Shown here in pieces: positions 33,136 to 47,861 of a stretch of 64,000 nucleotides of DNA. Within the stretch, counting starts at the first letter, position 1; each line of letters opens with the position of its first letter. The notes beneath the pieces were generated by a model. The model saw only the letters and a list, made by a program, of their open reading frames with translations, did no database searches and was not told where the DNA came from. The stretch is taken from positions 100,936,001 to 101,000,000 of the forward strand of contig OX597815.1 in assembly GCA_951406725.2 (NCBI GenBank). Direction: 5' to 3'. The stretch is from Octopus vulgaris. Taxonomy: Eukaryota. The position numbers and the translations under genes are program-made.

Positions 33136-36100
33136 ATATGTTCCAACATGTTATTGAAAGGGCAGCTGCTGAACAACAATCTTTTTTGTGCATGGCACAA
33201 AAGATTGTACAGCAGCTGACCTGGCTCCATCAATCTCACAGATGGGACTTTCCACAATACACAAGACCACCACAACAAATAGACCCAAGGTGGGCACCAC
33301 TGGCAATGACACACATATCACATCGGTGCTCTTACTGAACATTAGAGGACTGCTAACACTCAGTAACAGGTCAAAAATTCCTTTCTTGAGAGACCTTGTT
33401 GCATGCAATCAAGCCTTATGCATAGCACTTATGGAAACACATCTGAAACCAGATATAGCAAACGCAGAAATACACATACCACAGTATGTTGTATTACGGA
33501 CCGACAGGAAAGAAAGGAGTCATGGTGGAGTTGCTATGTACATCTTCGAAGACCTCACACCCCAGGTCCTTTTGTCACACTCAAATTCAGTATGTGACAC
33601 ACTAATTGTACATATAAGGCAACTCGGTGTAGTTATATGTGCTACATATCGCCCTTCAGAAGCTCCAAATCATGTAGGCAAGTTTGAAGACTGCCTTACG
33701 AAAATAGAAGTTCTAATCACATTAGAACGACACATAATTGTACTTCTTATGGGAGACTTCAATCAGCCCAATGTCAGATGGCCTGAAGGCCTTTCTCTCC
33801 CAGAAATGACACGATGCGAACAAGGACAGATGAAGGCCCTCCTGAACCTCATCAACACTTTGTACATGGAGCAAATAGTACTTCACAAATAATATGGATC
33901 TCATCCATAATGTGAAAGTGACACTGATGCTACTCTCAGATCACAACATGGGAGAGCTGACCATGTACGGGCCAAAGGAAAGCATGGACATGCAGCCTAC
34001 AAGAAACTCTCGGAATCTTTCCAGCTTGAACTTCCATAGGGCAAACTGGAAACAAATTGAGAAAGAGATCCTCAAACAAAACTGGCTTAAATGTCTCTCC
34101 TCACTGGACATCAACATGAAACTTCAACAATTCATGTCTGTAATGCAAGCCATATGCTACAAATGTGTCCCAGAGAGAAAGGCCACTGTACACGAGAACA
34201 AAATCCCCAGGGAGAGGGAAATTTTTATGAGACGGTGTACAAAAATTTCAAATTGCCTAAACAAACAAATTGAAAGCAGTGAAAAGTCCCGCCTGAAAAT
34301 ACAACTGCTGGAAATTGAAAAAAGTCTGCAACTCTCCCATGAAAAAAAAAGAGCAGACTAAGAAGCCTGGGCTATAGACAATATAAAATCTAACCCCAGA
34401 GCTTTCTACAAGTTTGCCAAAGAAACAGATTTGGTGCACTGCAGGATAGGGCCACTCCTCGAAAAAGGTGGTACACTCACAGGAAATCCAATGAGGATAA
34501 GTGAAATGCTAAATGAGCAATTCAAGAGTATTTTCACTCCACCCCTAGGGGACTTTCAAGTCAGCAATCCAACTGACTTCTTTATCACTGCAGATATAAA
34601 AACAGAGGCAATGATGATTGATTACATCAATGTATAGGAAGACGATGTAATAAGGGCTATAAATGAAATGAACCCAAATTCAGCTACTGGCCCTGATGGA
34701 TTCCCAGCAATCCTTCTAAAAGTTTGTAAGCGAGTCCTAGTAAGACCACTGCAGTCCCTCTTTCAGAGCTTCCTTGCAACTGGCAAACTTCCAAGAAAAC
34801 TGAAGGAGGGTAAAATATGCCCTATTCATAAAGGACGTAGCAGAGCGGAGGTCAAGAACTACAGACCTATCTCTCTGACCTTACACATCAGCAAGGTTAT
34901 GGAACGAATAGTCAAAAGAAAACTAATCGCCTTCTTTGAAGAAAATGACTTGCTGCCTGACACCCAACATTGTTTCAGACCAGGAAGAAGCTGCCTAACT
35001 CAGCTCTTACAAAACTATGACTGGGTGCTGAAACGACTGCTCAACCATTCAAATGTGGAAGTGATATATCTCGACTTTGCAAAGGCATTTGATATAGTTG
35101 ATCATGGAATGATATGTCACAAACTGCATGATCTTGGCATAGTTGGAAAATTGGGAGAATGGCTTCATGACTTTCTGAAGGATAGAAGTCAGGTGGTTGT
35201 AGCCAATGGGGCCACCTCCAATAACATGCAAATAGTGAGTGGTGTTCCGCAAGGCACTGTTTTGGGACCACTACTGTTCATAATGGCCCTCTCAGACATG
35301 CCCTCAGCCACACAGAGAGCCACAATCACAAGTTATGCAGATGATACAAAAGTTTCACAGGTAATGCAGAACCCTGAAGACACTATGTACCTGCAATGTA
35401 AGCTGGATGAGATATACAAGTGGGCTGAAAAAAATAGCATGCAGTTTAATGCCGAAAAGTTTCAAGCTTTGTGCTATCAGCATGCAAAACTAAATGCAAT
35501 ACCCAATAAATACACTGGACCTGGAGGGATTGCAATCCCAGAGGCACAATCAGTGCGAAACCTGGGCATTTACATGAATAATGATGCAACCTTTCATATG
35601 CATGTTCCTAAATTGGCAATGAAATGTAGGTGGCTGACCGGATGGATTCTTAGAACTTTTAGAACAAGAGACCAGGAAACCATGATGGTCCTCTGGAGGA
35701 CACTTGTCCTAAGCCACTTTGACTATTGCTCTCAGCTATGGTCACCAACCAGTGTCAAATTAATCTCAGAACTTGAGGCAATCCAACAAAGCTACACGAA
35801 GAGGATAGCCTCTATGCAGCATATATTCCTTAGAGCGTAGGCGAGAAAGATATGCCATATATACATCTGGAAGATCCTGGAAGGACTTGTCCCAAACTTT
35901 GGCATTGAGAGTTACACAAATACTAGAACTGGGTGCCACTGCATAGTGCCATGAACTCCAAATTTGCCATCAAGATGTAGGACAAGATACTGCAATAGCC
36001 TGGGCTTCAGAGGTCCACAGCTCTTCAATATCCTCCCGAAGGACCTGAGAGAGCAATCTAATGAAGCTACACGAAGAAGATAGCCTCTATGCAGCATATA

Positions 36101-36232
36101 AGCTATTGGGAAAGACTCAAGAGATTAAGACTCTATTCCTTAGAGCATAGGTGAGAGAGATATGCCATAATATACATCTGAAGATCCTAGAAGGGCTTGT
36201 CCCAAACTTTGGCATTAAGAGTTACACAAATA
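33136..36232 (+). mobile_element. 5'-truncated, decayed CR1-group LINE (ORF1 C-terminus + ORF2) lacking its 3' UTR, with an internal 3' duplication
   Basis: AAAEQQSFLCMAQKIVQQLTWLH matches the ORF1 end; endonuclease and RT motifs with stops; about 36064-36232 repeats about 35791-35920. Confidence 0.92.
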
Positions 36233-37548
<1,316 letters not shown>

Positions 37549-39905
37549 TGATTGATTGATTCTAGTTTCAGCCTACGAGCTGTGGCCATGCTGGGGCACC
37601 GCCATTTGTTGTTGCTACATGGTTTTACTTCACGAATGCTTTTTAGCAACTGCCATTTGGTGCATGAGAGAGTTCGATGCAACTGCCCTCATCTGCACCT
37701 CCTGCTGTGAAGTTGCTTCATCTGGGATACCTGACAAGAAGAGATCCAGTTTCATTTTAAAGACATCTGCATCCACCCCATGCAGGTCTCTTAGGTTCTT
37801 CGGGAGGATATTGAAGAGCTGTGTGCCTCAGAAGCCCAGGCTATCACAGTATCTTGTCCTACATCTTGGAGTCCTTGGCACCACGCAGTGGCGCCCAGTT
37901 CTGGCATTTTCTGTAATTCTCGATGCCAAAGTTTGGGACAAGTCCTTCCAGGATCTTCCAGATGTATATTATGGCATATCTTTCTTGCCTACGCTCCAAG
38001 GAATAGAGTTTTAATCTCTTGAGTCTTTCCCAGTAGCTTATATTCTGCACACAGAGGCTATCTTCTTTGTGTAGCTACGTTGGATCGCCTCAAGTTCTGT
38101 GATTAACTTGACACTGGATGGTGACCATAGCTGAGAGCAATAGTCAAAGTGGCTTAGGACAAGCGTCCTCCAGAGGACAATCATGGTTTCTTGTTCTCTT
38201 GTTCTAAAGGTTCTAAGAATCCATCCGGCCAGTCGTCTACATTTTATTGCCAATTTAGCAACATGTACACGAAAGGTTGCGTCATCACTCATGTAAATAC
38301 CCAGGTCACGCACTGATTGTGCCTCTGGGATTGCAATTCCTCCGGGTCCAGTGTATTCATTGGGTATTGCATTTAGTTTTGCATGCTGATACCATAAAGC
38401 TTGAAACTTTTCAGCATTGAACTGCATGCTATTCTTTTCAGCCCACTTGTATATCTCATCCAGCTCACATTGCAGGTACATAGTGTCTTCAGGGTTCTGC
38501 ATTACCTGTGAAACTTTTGTATCATCTGCATAACTTGTGATCGTGGCTCTCTGCGTGGCTGAGGGCATGTCTGAGAGGGCCATTATGAACAGTAGTGGTC
38601 CCAAAACAGTGCCCTGCGGAACACCACTCACTATTTGCGTGTTAATGGAAGTGGCGCCATTGGCTACTACCACCTGACTTCTATCTTTCAGAAAGTCATG
38701 AAGCCATTCTCCCAGTTTCCCAACTATGCTAAGATCACGCAGTTTGTGACATATCATTCCATGATCGACTTTATCAAAGGCCTTTGCAAAGTCGAGATAT
38801 ATGACTTCCACATTTGAGTGGTTGAGCAGTCGTTTCAGCACCCAGTCATAGTGTTGTAGGAGCTGAGTTAAGCAGCTTCTTCCTGGTCGGAAACCATGTT
38901 GGGTGTCGGGCAGCAAGTCATTTTCTTCAAGGAAGGTGATCAGTTTCATCTGACTATTCGTTCCATGACCTTGCTGATGTGTGAGGTCAGAGAGATAGGT
39001 CTGTAGTTCTTGGCCACCGCTCTGCTACCTCCTTTATGAATAGGGCATATTTTACCTTCCTTCAGTTTTCTTGGAAGTTTGCCAGCTGCAAGGAAGCTCT
39101 GAAAGAGGACCTGCAGTGGTCTTGCTAGGACTCTCTTACATACTTTTAGGAGGATTGCCGGGTATCCATCGGGGCCAGTAGCTGAGTCTGTTTTCATTTC
39201 ATCTATAGCCTTTATTACATTGTCTTCCTTTATATCGATGTAATCTATTGTCACTGCCTCTGATTTTATATCTGCAGAGGTAAAGAAGTCAGTTGGATTG
39301 GTGATTTGGAAATGCCCAAGGGGTGGAGTGAAAACACTCTTGAATTGCTCATTCAGTATTTCACTTACCCTCATTGGTTTTCCTGTGAGTGTGCCATCCT
39401 TTTCAAGGAGTGGCCCTATCCTACAGTGCACCGTAGCTGTTTCTTTGGCATACCTGTAGAAAGCTCTGGGGTTAGATTTTATGTTGTCTATAGCCCAGGC
39501 TTCTTTGTCTGCTCTTTCCTTTTCATGGGAGAGTTGCAGACATTTTTCAATTTCCAACAGTTTTATTTTCAAGCGGGACTTTTCACTGCTTTCAATTTGT
39601 TTGTTTAGGCGATTTGAAATTTTTGTACGCCGTCTCATTAAAATTTTCCTCTCTCTGGGGATTTTGTCCTTGTGTACAGTGGCCTTTCTCTCTGGGACAC
39701 GTTTGTAGCATATGGCTTGCATTACAGACATGAATTGTTGAAGTTTCACGTCGATGTCTGGCGAGGAGAGACATTCAGGCCAGTTTTGTTTGAGGATCTC
39801 TTTCTCAATTTGTTTCCAGTTTGCCTTATGGAAGTTCAAGCTGGAAAGATTCTGAGGGTTTCTTGTAGGCTGCATGTCCATGCTTTCCTTTGGCCCGTAC
39901 ATGGT
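37549..39905 (-). mobile_element. 5'-truncated CR1-group LINE, same subfamily as 33136-36232
   Basis: ORFs 38946-40019, 38038-38949 and 37859-38050; 3' motif GGCGGTGCCCCAGCATGGCCACAGCTCGTAGGCTGAAAC followed by an (AATC)n tail. Confidence 0.93.
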
Positions 39906-39911
39906 GTCTAT

Positions 39912-40945
39912 TGGTGTCTCAGGGAACTGTACTGGGACCACTACTATTTGTGATGGCCCTCTAAGACATGCCCGCCAGGTTACAGTCAGCCAATCTGACC
40001 AGTTATGCTGCTGATACAAAACTATTGCAGGCAGTTAGGAACCCAGAGAACATCATAAAACTGCAAAAAGACCTGAACGAAATCTACAAGTGAGCTAACA
40101 AAAAATAACATGCAATTCAATGCTATGAAATTTCAGGCATCCCACTATTGGTCTAACACCAGGCTAAAATCAGAATACACTTGACCAGAAGGTAATATGA
40201 TCCCAGAATCAGAGTTGGTGCATGACTTGGGGGTTCACATGAGCAATGATGCAATATTCCATATGCACATTACCAAGATGGCAACACTGTGCAGGCAAGT
40301 GGCTGGATGGATTCTGAGGACATTCAGAAGCAGGAAAAGGGAAGCCCTGCTGTACCTATGGAAGACCTTCATTCTCAGCTGCTTGGACTACTGCACCCAA
40401 CTATGGTCCCCAGAGAGTGTGAAACAAATTGTTGAACTCAAAGCAATCCAGCACCAATACACAAAGAAGTTTGACTCGATGCAAAAGATGGGCTACTGTG
40501 AGAGGCTAAAGGAGCTGAGTCTCTATTCTCTGGAGAGAAGATGAGAGAGAAATGTGGTGATATATATTTGGAAGATCTTAGTGGGTTTAGCTCCCAATTT
40601 TGGAATTGACAACTATACCAATCCTCGAACTGGATGGCACTGCATCATACCAAAGATCCTGTCTTCCTCATCTAAAATAAGGAAACAGCACTGCAACAGT
40701 CTGGGTTTCAAGAGCCTGCAATTGTTCAACATTCTACACGGTGTTGATGTGGAAGTTTTCAAGGAATGTCTGGACAGGTTTCTATCTGAAATACCAGATG
40801 AACCTACATTGCAGCATGAGACGCAAAGAAGAGCAGCTCCGTTGCTATTTCACCAAAAACAATATTGGAACAACACCAAGTAACTACAGGTGGTGCACCA
40901 GCATGACCTCAGCCCTGTGTTGAAATCAGTAAAAGATAAAAGATA
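39912..40945 (+). mobile_element. Older CR1-group LINE 3' half
   Basis: [28 protein letters not shown]; 3' motif GGTGGTGCACCAGCATGACCTCAGCC and (AAAGAT) tail. Confidence 0.85.
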
Positions 40946-40949
40946 TATA

Positions 40950-41180
40950 AATTACGCCAACATCAACGTCATTACTATATTCCTGATGGGTATCTTCAAC
41001 TTCCCCAACATCGGGTGGCCTGAGGGCAACATAACCCCAGGAATAACGAACAAAGAGCGAAATCAAGCAGAATCTCTACTTGATGTTACAAAAATGCTAT
41101 TTATGGAGCAGTTCATATTCTCTCCAGTCAGGCACAAAAATATCCTGGACCTCTGTTTTACAAACAATGTGGAAATTAAC
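40950..41180 (+). mobile_element. CR1-group endonuclease fragment
   Basis: LMGIFNFPNIGWPEG...MEQ...NILDLCFTNN aligns with ORF2. Confidence 0.8.
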
Positions 41181-41184
41181 ATTT

Positions 41185-41940
41185 TTCTTGTATTTCTCAA
41201 GAAGCAAAAGGAACACCAGGATTTAAAGCTAAAAATCATGTGATGCTTCTTCTGAGAGGAAATACTGAAGGTAATATGAAATAAAAGCTCCTATTTGTCT
41301 ATCACTCTGAAAATTGAAAGGCCTTCAAGATTTACAGAACATTTAGTCTACCCCTGAAATGGTGTTCAAATTAGGGAGGCATGGATGACTAAAACCCTAT
41401 TCAAAGAGTGGTTTACAAGCATTTTTGTCCTGATGTAGAAAGGTACAGTGCCAGACATAATATTCCCAAGAAAGAACGGCTTCTTTTAGACAATGAATCA
41501 AGCCACCAACTGTACTCTGATGAGCTTTGTGATAATGCAAGGTTAAAATATATCTCCAAGAATACAACTTCTAAGCTCCAACCAATGGATCAAAGTGTGA
41601 CAGTTATCACGAAGGCAAATTATTCGAACTTTCAAACAACTAACAAGGAGATAGAGACCTCTGGAAGATATCCAACTTAAAAGAGTCATGGGATGAAGAG
41701 AAACTCTTAACTTTGAATGATGCTTGGAAAAATATATAGCCTAACTGTATCCATAACTTTACAAGTATTCTACAAACAGAAAATACAGTGACACTTGCAA
41801 ATGATAAGGGGTTTAAAGCAGTCACAGAGAATGGTGTAGTTGAGTTGCTAGTGTCCTATACAGAAAGTTCATCTAGCAAAAACCTGATGTTGTTGGAACA
41901 AGAGCAAACTGACAATACAGATGAAAATAGGAAAATTCAT
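41185..41940 (+). mobile_element. Decayed Tigger/pogo (DDE_1) transposase
   Basis: ISQEAKGTPGFKA..LLLRGNTEG..KLLFVYHSEN; LLLDNESSH; NTTSKLQPMDQ. Confidence 0.85.
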
Positions 41941-42164
41941 TGAAACTACATTTAACTTTCTTGCATTGTTGGGATTAATTCATAATTCATCAGAATGCAG
42001 TAAGAATCCAATGCATTTGGTGAATCACTACAGATGATTCAAATGGAAAATCTTGAATGTATTGTGTAAGCAGGTATTATCCAAGTATTAGACAAAATTA
42101 TTTCTTTCTATATCCCATGTGTTGGTGGGTAGCAGTTTACTGCAATGTTGTTATGGAGCAGATC

Positions 42165-42880
42165 AGTGTCATCATCTTCATCATCATTTAATGTCTGCTC
42201 ACTATGCTGGCATGTGTTAGATGGTTTGACATGGAGCTGGTTAGCAGGGAGCTGTCCAGATTCCAACTGTCTGTTGTGGCATGGTTTCTATGGCTGGATG
42301 GTCTTCCTAACACCAGTCACTTAGCAGAGTGTGCTGGGTGCTTTTTACGTGCCACCAGCACAAGTACGTTAACACAGCACTGGCATGGATGCTTTTTATG
42401 TGGCGCCAGCACCTGAAAGGACAAGCCTGTAAGCATGGAAGACAGAGATTTTCCTTAGCTTAACATGTCTTATCAAGTACAGCAAATCGCCACATCTCCC
42501 AGTCCTTTATCATTTCCTCATTGAAGTCCAGCATCAGAAGATCCTTTCTCACCACTTCATCCCACGTCTTGGGTCTACCCCTTCCACAGCTACCCTCTAT
42601 AATTAGAGTTCAGCACTTTTTATGTAGCTGTCCTTGTTCATATGCATCACATGACCAAACCAGCACAGTCTTCTCTCTTGCACACATCTGATGAATCTTA
42701 CACACAGCTTTCCTCTTAAATCATTTACATTCTGTCATGCATTCACACTGACATTACCCACCCAATGGAGAATGCTAACTTTATTTCTTTCAAGCCTTCA
42801 CAAGTCTTCTGTAATCACTGCTATGTAACATGGTTATAAAGTACACAGGCATCCTATAATCAGCCTTTCACTCTGAGGGT
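42165..42880 (-). mobile_element. RTE LINE 3' end, diverged
   Basis: GHVMHM...EGSCGRGRPKTWDEVVRKDL followed by the RTE-type 3' UTR and (GAT)n tail. Confidence 0.8.
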
Positions 42881-43479
42881 CATGAGAGAAACAATAAATT
42901 AACTGGTATAATTACAGAGGTTTTAAGTAGTATATTGATCATCCTGGACAGATTGGCGGGAACAATTTACACAATTTGTTAAATATTTTTGGCAATACTA
43001 TCCTCCCTAATTCTTATAATTTAGTTTATTATTAAACAAATGAAAAACGTAAATCAAAAGTATCATACAAAAAAAAAAAATTGGATTTTACCATTGTCAT
43101 TTTGTAATAAGTTCATATCACTTTCTTCATACCCACTTAATTCTTCCTAAAATAGTTCATACCCCCTTAATTCTTCATTTTCAACTTTTTTCACAATTTT
43201 TTTTCAAAATATGCGGAAAAATATGGATATTATGATTCTGAAAGAAGTTTCCAAAAATTTTTCGACTTAGGGTTGGGGTTTAAGGGTTAGGTATACAGAA
43301 AAAAAATGGAAAATGAAGAATGGGGGGGGGTTCCAAAATTCCGATTTTTGGCAAAAAAAAAATTATAAAAAAAAAAAACCCAATAATTTGTGAGAAAATG
43401 GTGAGGGGGAACAGGAGGAAATCTTTCCAAAAGGGTGGCTGGTGGGATCGTTAGCTACCGGACAAAATGATTAGTTTCA

Positions 43480-43620
43480 TTCAAATGCTCTGAAATCAAC
43501 TTTGCATTCCATCCTTTCAGGGTTGATGAAATAAGTGCCACTTGAGCACTGGGGTCGATGTAACTGACAAGCCCCCTCTCAAAGAATTTCAGGCATTGTC
43601 CCTATAGTAGAAAGGGTTAT
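43480..43620 (+). mobile_element. SINE 3' portion with Nin/Deu-like central domain
   Basis: CAACTTTGCATTCCATCCTTTCAGGGTTGATGAAATAAGT resembles the Nin domain as I recall it; related minus-strand pieces near 48110-48200 and 49445-49545. Confidence 0.55.
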
Positions 43621-43783
43621 GTGACGTAATAATCAATTAGATTGCATTCGTGGACAAGAATATCCATACAAATAATGTATTTATTATATTTGATTGACTA
43701 TAGCTTACCTATGTACAAAGGTCTATTTATATAATGTTAAAGAACATCTGTGTGTGTCGGTATGTTGCATGTGTCCTGCATTA

Positions 43784-44615
43784 TCTCTCTATATATAAAA
43801 CTGAGAATGTGTGTCTGTCTGTCTGTGTGTTTCTCTAAGACTTGAGAACTACACAACCAATTTCATTCAAATTTTACACATGCCTTACTTAGGGTCCGGG
43901 AAGTGTCATCGGCAAAAAAAATTTTAACTTCTTGTCTAGAGCGAGCCCATAGCAATATCATATCTTCTCCACTATTTCAGTATTACGTGTTAAAAGTAAA
44001 ACAAAAACATTTCTCTATTTTATGTCAGATACTTTCACTTTAATCTAGGATAACACTACCAAACGAAATAAAAAATAAAATTAAAGAAAAGACTATTGTC
44101 TATAAAGTATACAATGTAGAGAAAAAAAGATTTGAACACCTGGAGGAAAGCACCATTGAAAAGTGTCTTGGTGCGACTATGAAAGATATCAAGTATCTAA
44201 CCAGAGGCGGTAAATTCGCCACAATAAAAGCAAGGTTCGAGTCAATGGAGCGTGCAAGGAAGTACTCAACTCGAACCTTGCAAAGTGGAAATATTTTATT
44301 TTTACCTTTATATCTGGGATGTAGGATGTCCCGGATAAAAATTAAAAATATCCCCCCAGAAGTAGAGGTAGGCTGGATTGTAGCCACACTTCTATACATG
44401 AGGGAGGACAAGATACTATTGATCGAAATTGCAAGAGACAGGCCTACAATTCCAGTCTCTTATATATTTTGAGTATTGTTATCACTAGCGATATCAAGAT
44501 ATAACTTTGTATTTTGTATTTTATGTGTAGTTGTATATATATATGTACATGTAATATGTACACATATATACATGCACTAGCACTATGACCCAGCAACGAC
44601 GGGTCATAATGCTAG
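43784..44615 (+). mobile_element. Non-autonomous Helitron
   Basis: A|TCTCTCTATATATAAAA start, GTCT microsatellite, 3' hairpin TATGACCC...GGGTCATA and CTAG|T end. Confidence 0.85.
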
Positions 44616-44689
44616 TTAAAGAATAAATGATGAATATAAATAATAATAAAGAAAGAATAGAGTAAAGGAAAGGATAGGACTTTCTTCTC

Positions 44690-45615
44690 TTCTGCCTTTT
44701 ACTTCAGTGATTGAAATGCAGCCATGCTGGGGCACCACCTTGAAAGGCTTTAGTTGAACAAATCGATTCTAGTACTTAGTTTTTAAAAAAACATACCTAT
44801 TCTTTCGATCACTTTTTGCCAAACCGCTATGTTACGGGAATGTAAACAACCAACACCGGCTGTCAAGTGGTGGTGTGGGATAAACATAGAGATACGTGCA
44901 TGCGTGTGACGGGTTTCTTTCAGTTTCAGACCAACTAAATCCATTCACAGCTAATACTGATTGACCAATAAATGTTTACGTAAGTGTTTATACTTTTATG
45001 GTTATATATAGGTGCAAGCCTAGCTATGTGATAAGAAGTTTCTTTCTCAATACACGGTTCTGGGTTCAGTCCCACTGCAAGGTACATTGAGCAAATGTCT
45101 TCTACTATAGACTCTGGGCTGACCAAAGCTTTGAGAGGGAATTTGGAAGACGGAAACTGCAAATATGTTGTATATGCATGCGTGTATTCCCCACCACCGC
45201 TTGGTAACCAGTGTTGGTTTACTCACGTCCCCGAAAGTTAGCGGCTCGGCAAAAAAGACCGATACAATAAGTATCAGGCTTAAAAAAAGCGTAAAAACTG
45301 GAGCTGATTTGTTTGACTAAACCTTCAATGCGGCGCTCTTGCACAGCTGCTGTCAAATAACTGAAACAAATGAAAGAGATAAAAAGATATGAACAGGCTG
45401 TAGCTCACAGCTGGAAATCCAAACGAAGTGGTTTCAATGGAGGCAGAAACCTGTTAGATATAATTTCCCATAACAACAACAAAAGAATACCACAATTTTA
45501 AAAGGCAGCTACAGACATTTGTCTTTTATCTTTTACATGTTTCAGTCATTAGACTGCAGCCATGCTGGGGCACTGCCTTGAAGAATTTTTAGTCAAATGC
45601 ATCGACGTCAGGGTT
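44690..45615. mobile_element. Cluster of CORE-like SINE copies (minus 44690-44950, plus 45011-45390, minus tail 45520-45615)
   Basis: Similarity to 32744-33135, including the CCAGCATGG tail. Confidence 0.75.
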
Positions 45616-45789
45616 GTTCAGTTTAGTTATATAAAAAAAGTAAATAAAATTAAGGGGAGATAAGTAATAAAAGAAACAGCTTTTTATACAGCATAAAGAT
45701 TGGCGATTGCTGCCAGAAAGTGAACAAATATCTTCTTTTTCTCAGTGGAATTATGCCAGAAAAACTCATGCAGATATGAAACAAACAAT

Positions 45790-46030
45790 TCGTCTAATGT
45801 CCCAAACTGTCTAAACCACATATTGACTGTGGATGATATTGAGGATCAAGAAAATGTTGTTGGTGTATAATCACCTCGTGCATGTAGGGACTACCATTGA
45901 GGATACCAACGTTGTTATATGCTCGCTATCCATCGATGACTATGTGAGTGAGACCCAGGCAAAATCTACCTTTGTATCAGTTCAGTTGAAGTTTCTTCGG
46001 TGCAGTCAAGTACTTCGACCAGAAATCACT
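45790..46030 (-). mobile_element. Merlin/IS1595-like transposase remnant
   Basis: Allowing a 4-nt insertion: LIQR*ILPGSH/IVIDG*RAYNNVGILNGSPYMHEVIIHQQHFLDP. Confidence 0.65.
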
Positions 46031-46189
46031 TTCTTGAGACTCTCTCTATGCCACCACATGCCCTTTGCTTCTTTTACTACTTATTTTCCCCATAATTTTT
46101 ATTTCCATTTTTTATTACCCTGGCATCGATACATTCAACTAAAAGGCTCTTCTATTACCGAGCCAGTACATATTTTAAAGCGGCGATAT

Positions 46190-46512
46190 ATATCATCATT
46201 TAACATCCGTTTTCCATGCTGGCATGGGTTGGACGGTTTGACTGGGGTGACTGGCAAGCCATCAGGCTGCACGAGGCTCCAATCTGATCTGGCAAGGTTT
46301 CTAGTTTGATGCTCTTCCTAACGCCAACCACTCCCAGAGTGTAGTGCGTGCTTTTTACGTGCCACCGGCACAGGAGCCATTTAGGCGGCACTAGCATCGA
46401 CCATGTGCGGATGGTGCTTTTTTCATACCACTGGCACAGGAGCCAGTCGGGGGGTGGGGGAGACTGGCATCGACCACGTTCGGATGGCACGGGGAGTCAG
46501 TTAGGCGGCATA
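46190..46512 (-). mobile_element. RTE 3' UTR fragment
   Basis: Matches the other RTE tails. Confidence 0.75.
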
Positions 46513-46529
46513 TTAAATTAATAATTATA

Positions 46530-47239
46530 CCGTAAGTCCTCGAGTATAGTCCGCCTTTGAGTATAATACGCAAGGGAATTTTAGGGGGCTGTACCTCTGA
46601 AAAGCCTAAGCCTAGTGTATAATACGCACCCCTTCTCTAACTGGAGTCAAGGAGGTCTATATAACATCCTTGGTTTGTAAAAATGTATACGGTAACGTCC
46701 TTTATTATTACTGCATATATAACAATGCAAACGTGTAGCTTTTTTGTGTATTTTGTTTGCAGAAAATAAAGAAATAACAGTAATAACGTCAGTAAAAAAT
46801 AAATATTAAGTAAACTGCCTTTACATATTTATTCCTATCAGTTACAAAAGCAAAAACATTTATTCAAATCCTTCAAATTCAACATCACTTTCAGCATCAA
46901 ATAACTGTTCTATTTGTTTCTCCGTAAACATGTCAGCATCACTGTAGTGTAAATCTCCGTCATCGTCAGAAGATTCACTTTCATTTATTTCTGAAAACTT
47001 TTATTTTAATAAATGTTGCTTACTGCAAGTTATGGATGATTCTTTTATGACTTCATTGCTTTCAGGCTTAGCTGAAGGTATTTTCGCGCCCGACATCACA
47101 ATATGCATCTGAATAAACATTGCCGGACAGCAAATAAAGACTCGGACCGGCTTAGAGAATATTTTTCATTTTTAAGCTCGTATATAGTACGCACTAGGGA
47201 TTTGGGGGGTGGGGGTGGATTATACTCGAGGATTTACAG
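46530..47239 (-). mobile_element. pogo-like non-autonomous DNA transposon
   Basis: TIRs CCGTAAGTCCTCGAGTATAGTCC / GGATTATACTCGAGGATTTACAG, TA on both sides; internal acidic end ...LFDAESDVEFEGFE* on the minus strand. Confidence 0.85.
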
Positions 47240-47607
47240 TATATATAAGTATATAATTATATTAAGGGAGCAAGGGCGAAAAAAAAAAAAAAAAACCGAC
47301 CCATCTCCAACGTGCCGAGGCATTCAGATACGACCGAAAACTCCAAAAATAAACATGGATTGTAGGCGAGCGGGTGAAAAAAAAACCCTAAAAAGACTTC
47401 ACGTTAATCGTGAATTGGGTCCAATTTCTAGATTAAAACCGCAAAACATGCAGATTTCCTTCGTCAACAAAATACTCGAGATACATAAATAAAATAATTG
47501 TACATATCCGTACAAAACAGATCCGCACGTCCACATACTAATATTTGCACGTATAGATCAATAGATTAATACTTTTTCACGTCAGACATGTATATTATCA
47601 AAATTAA

Positions 47608-47663
<56 letters not shown>

Positions 47664-47823
47664 TATTAAGGGGGCAAGGGCGAAAAAAAAACGACCTATC
47701 TCCAACACACATATATGTGTCTGTGTTTGCCTCCAGCACCACCGCTTGACAACTGGTGGTGGTGTGTTTACGTCCCGGTAACTTAGCGGTTCGGCAAAAA
47801 TGTTCGGTAGAATAAGTACGAAG

Positions 47824-47861
<38 letters not shown>

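Noticed and set aside
37549-40945. Twin-priming 5' inversion of a single LINE at about 39905
   Set aside because: Both sides have their own 3' termini, overlap in RT coordinates and differ in sequence, so they are two insertions.
43268-43292. Telomere or chromosome-fusion signature
   Set aside because: Only a few degenerate TTAGGG-like units in repeat-like sequence; the runs at 54758 and 55238 are likewise short and internal.
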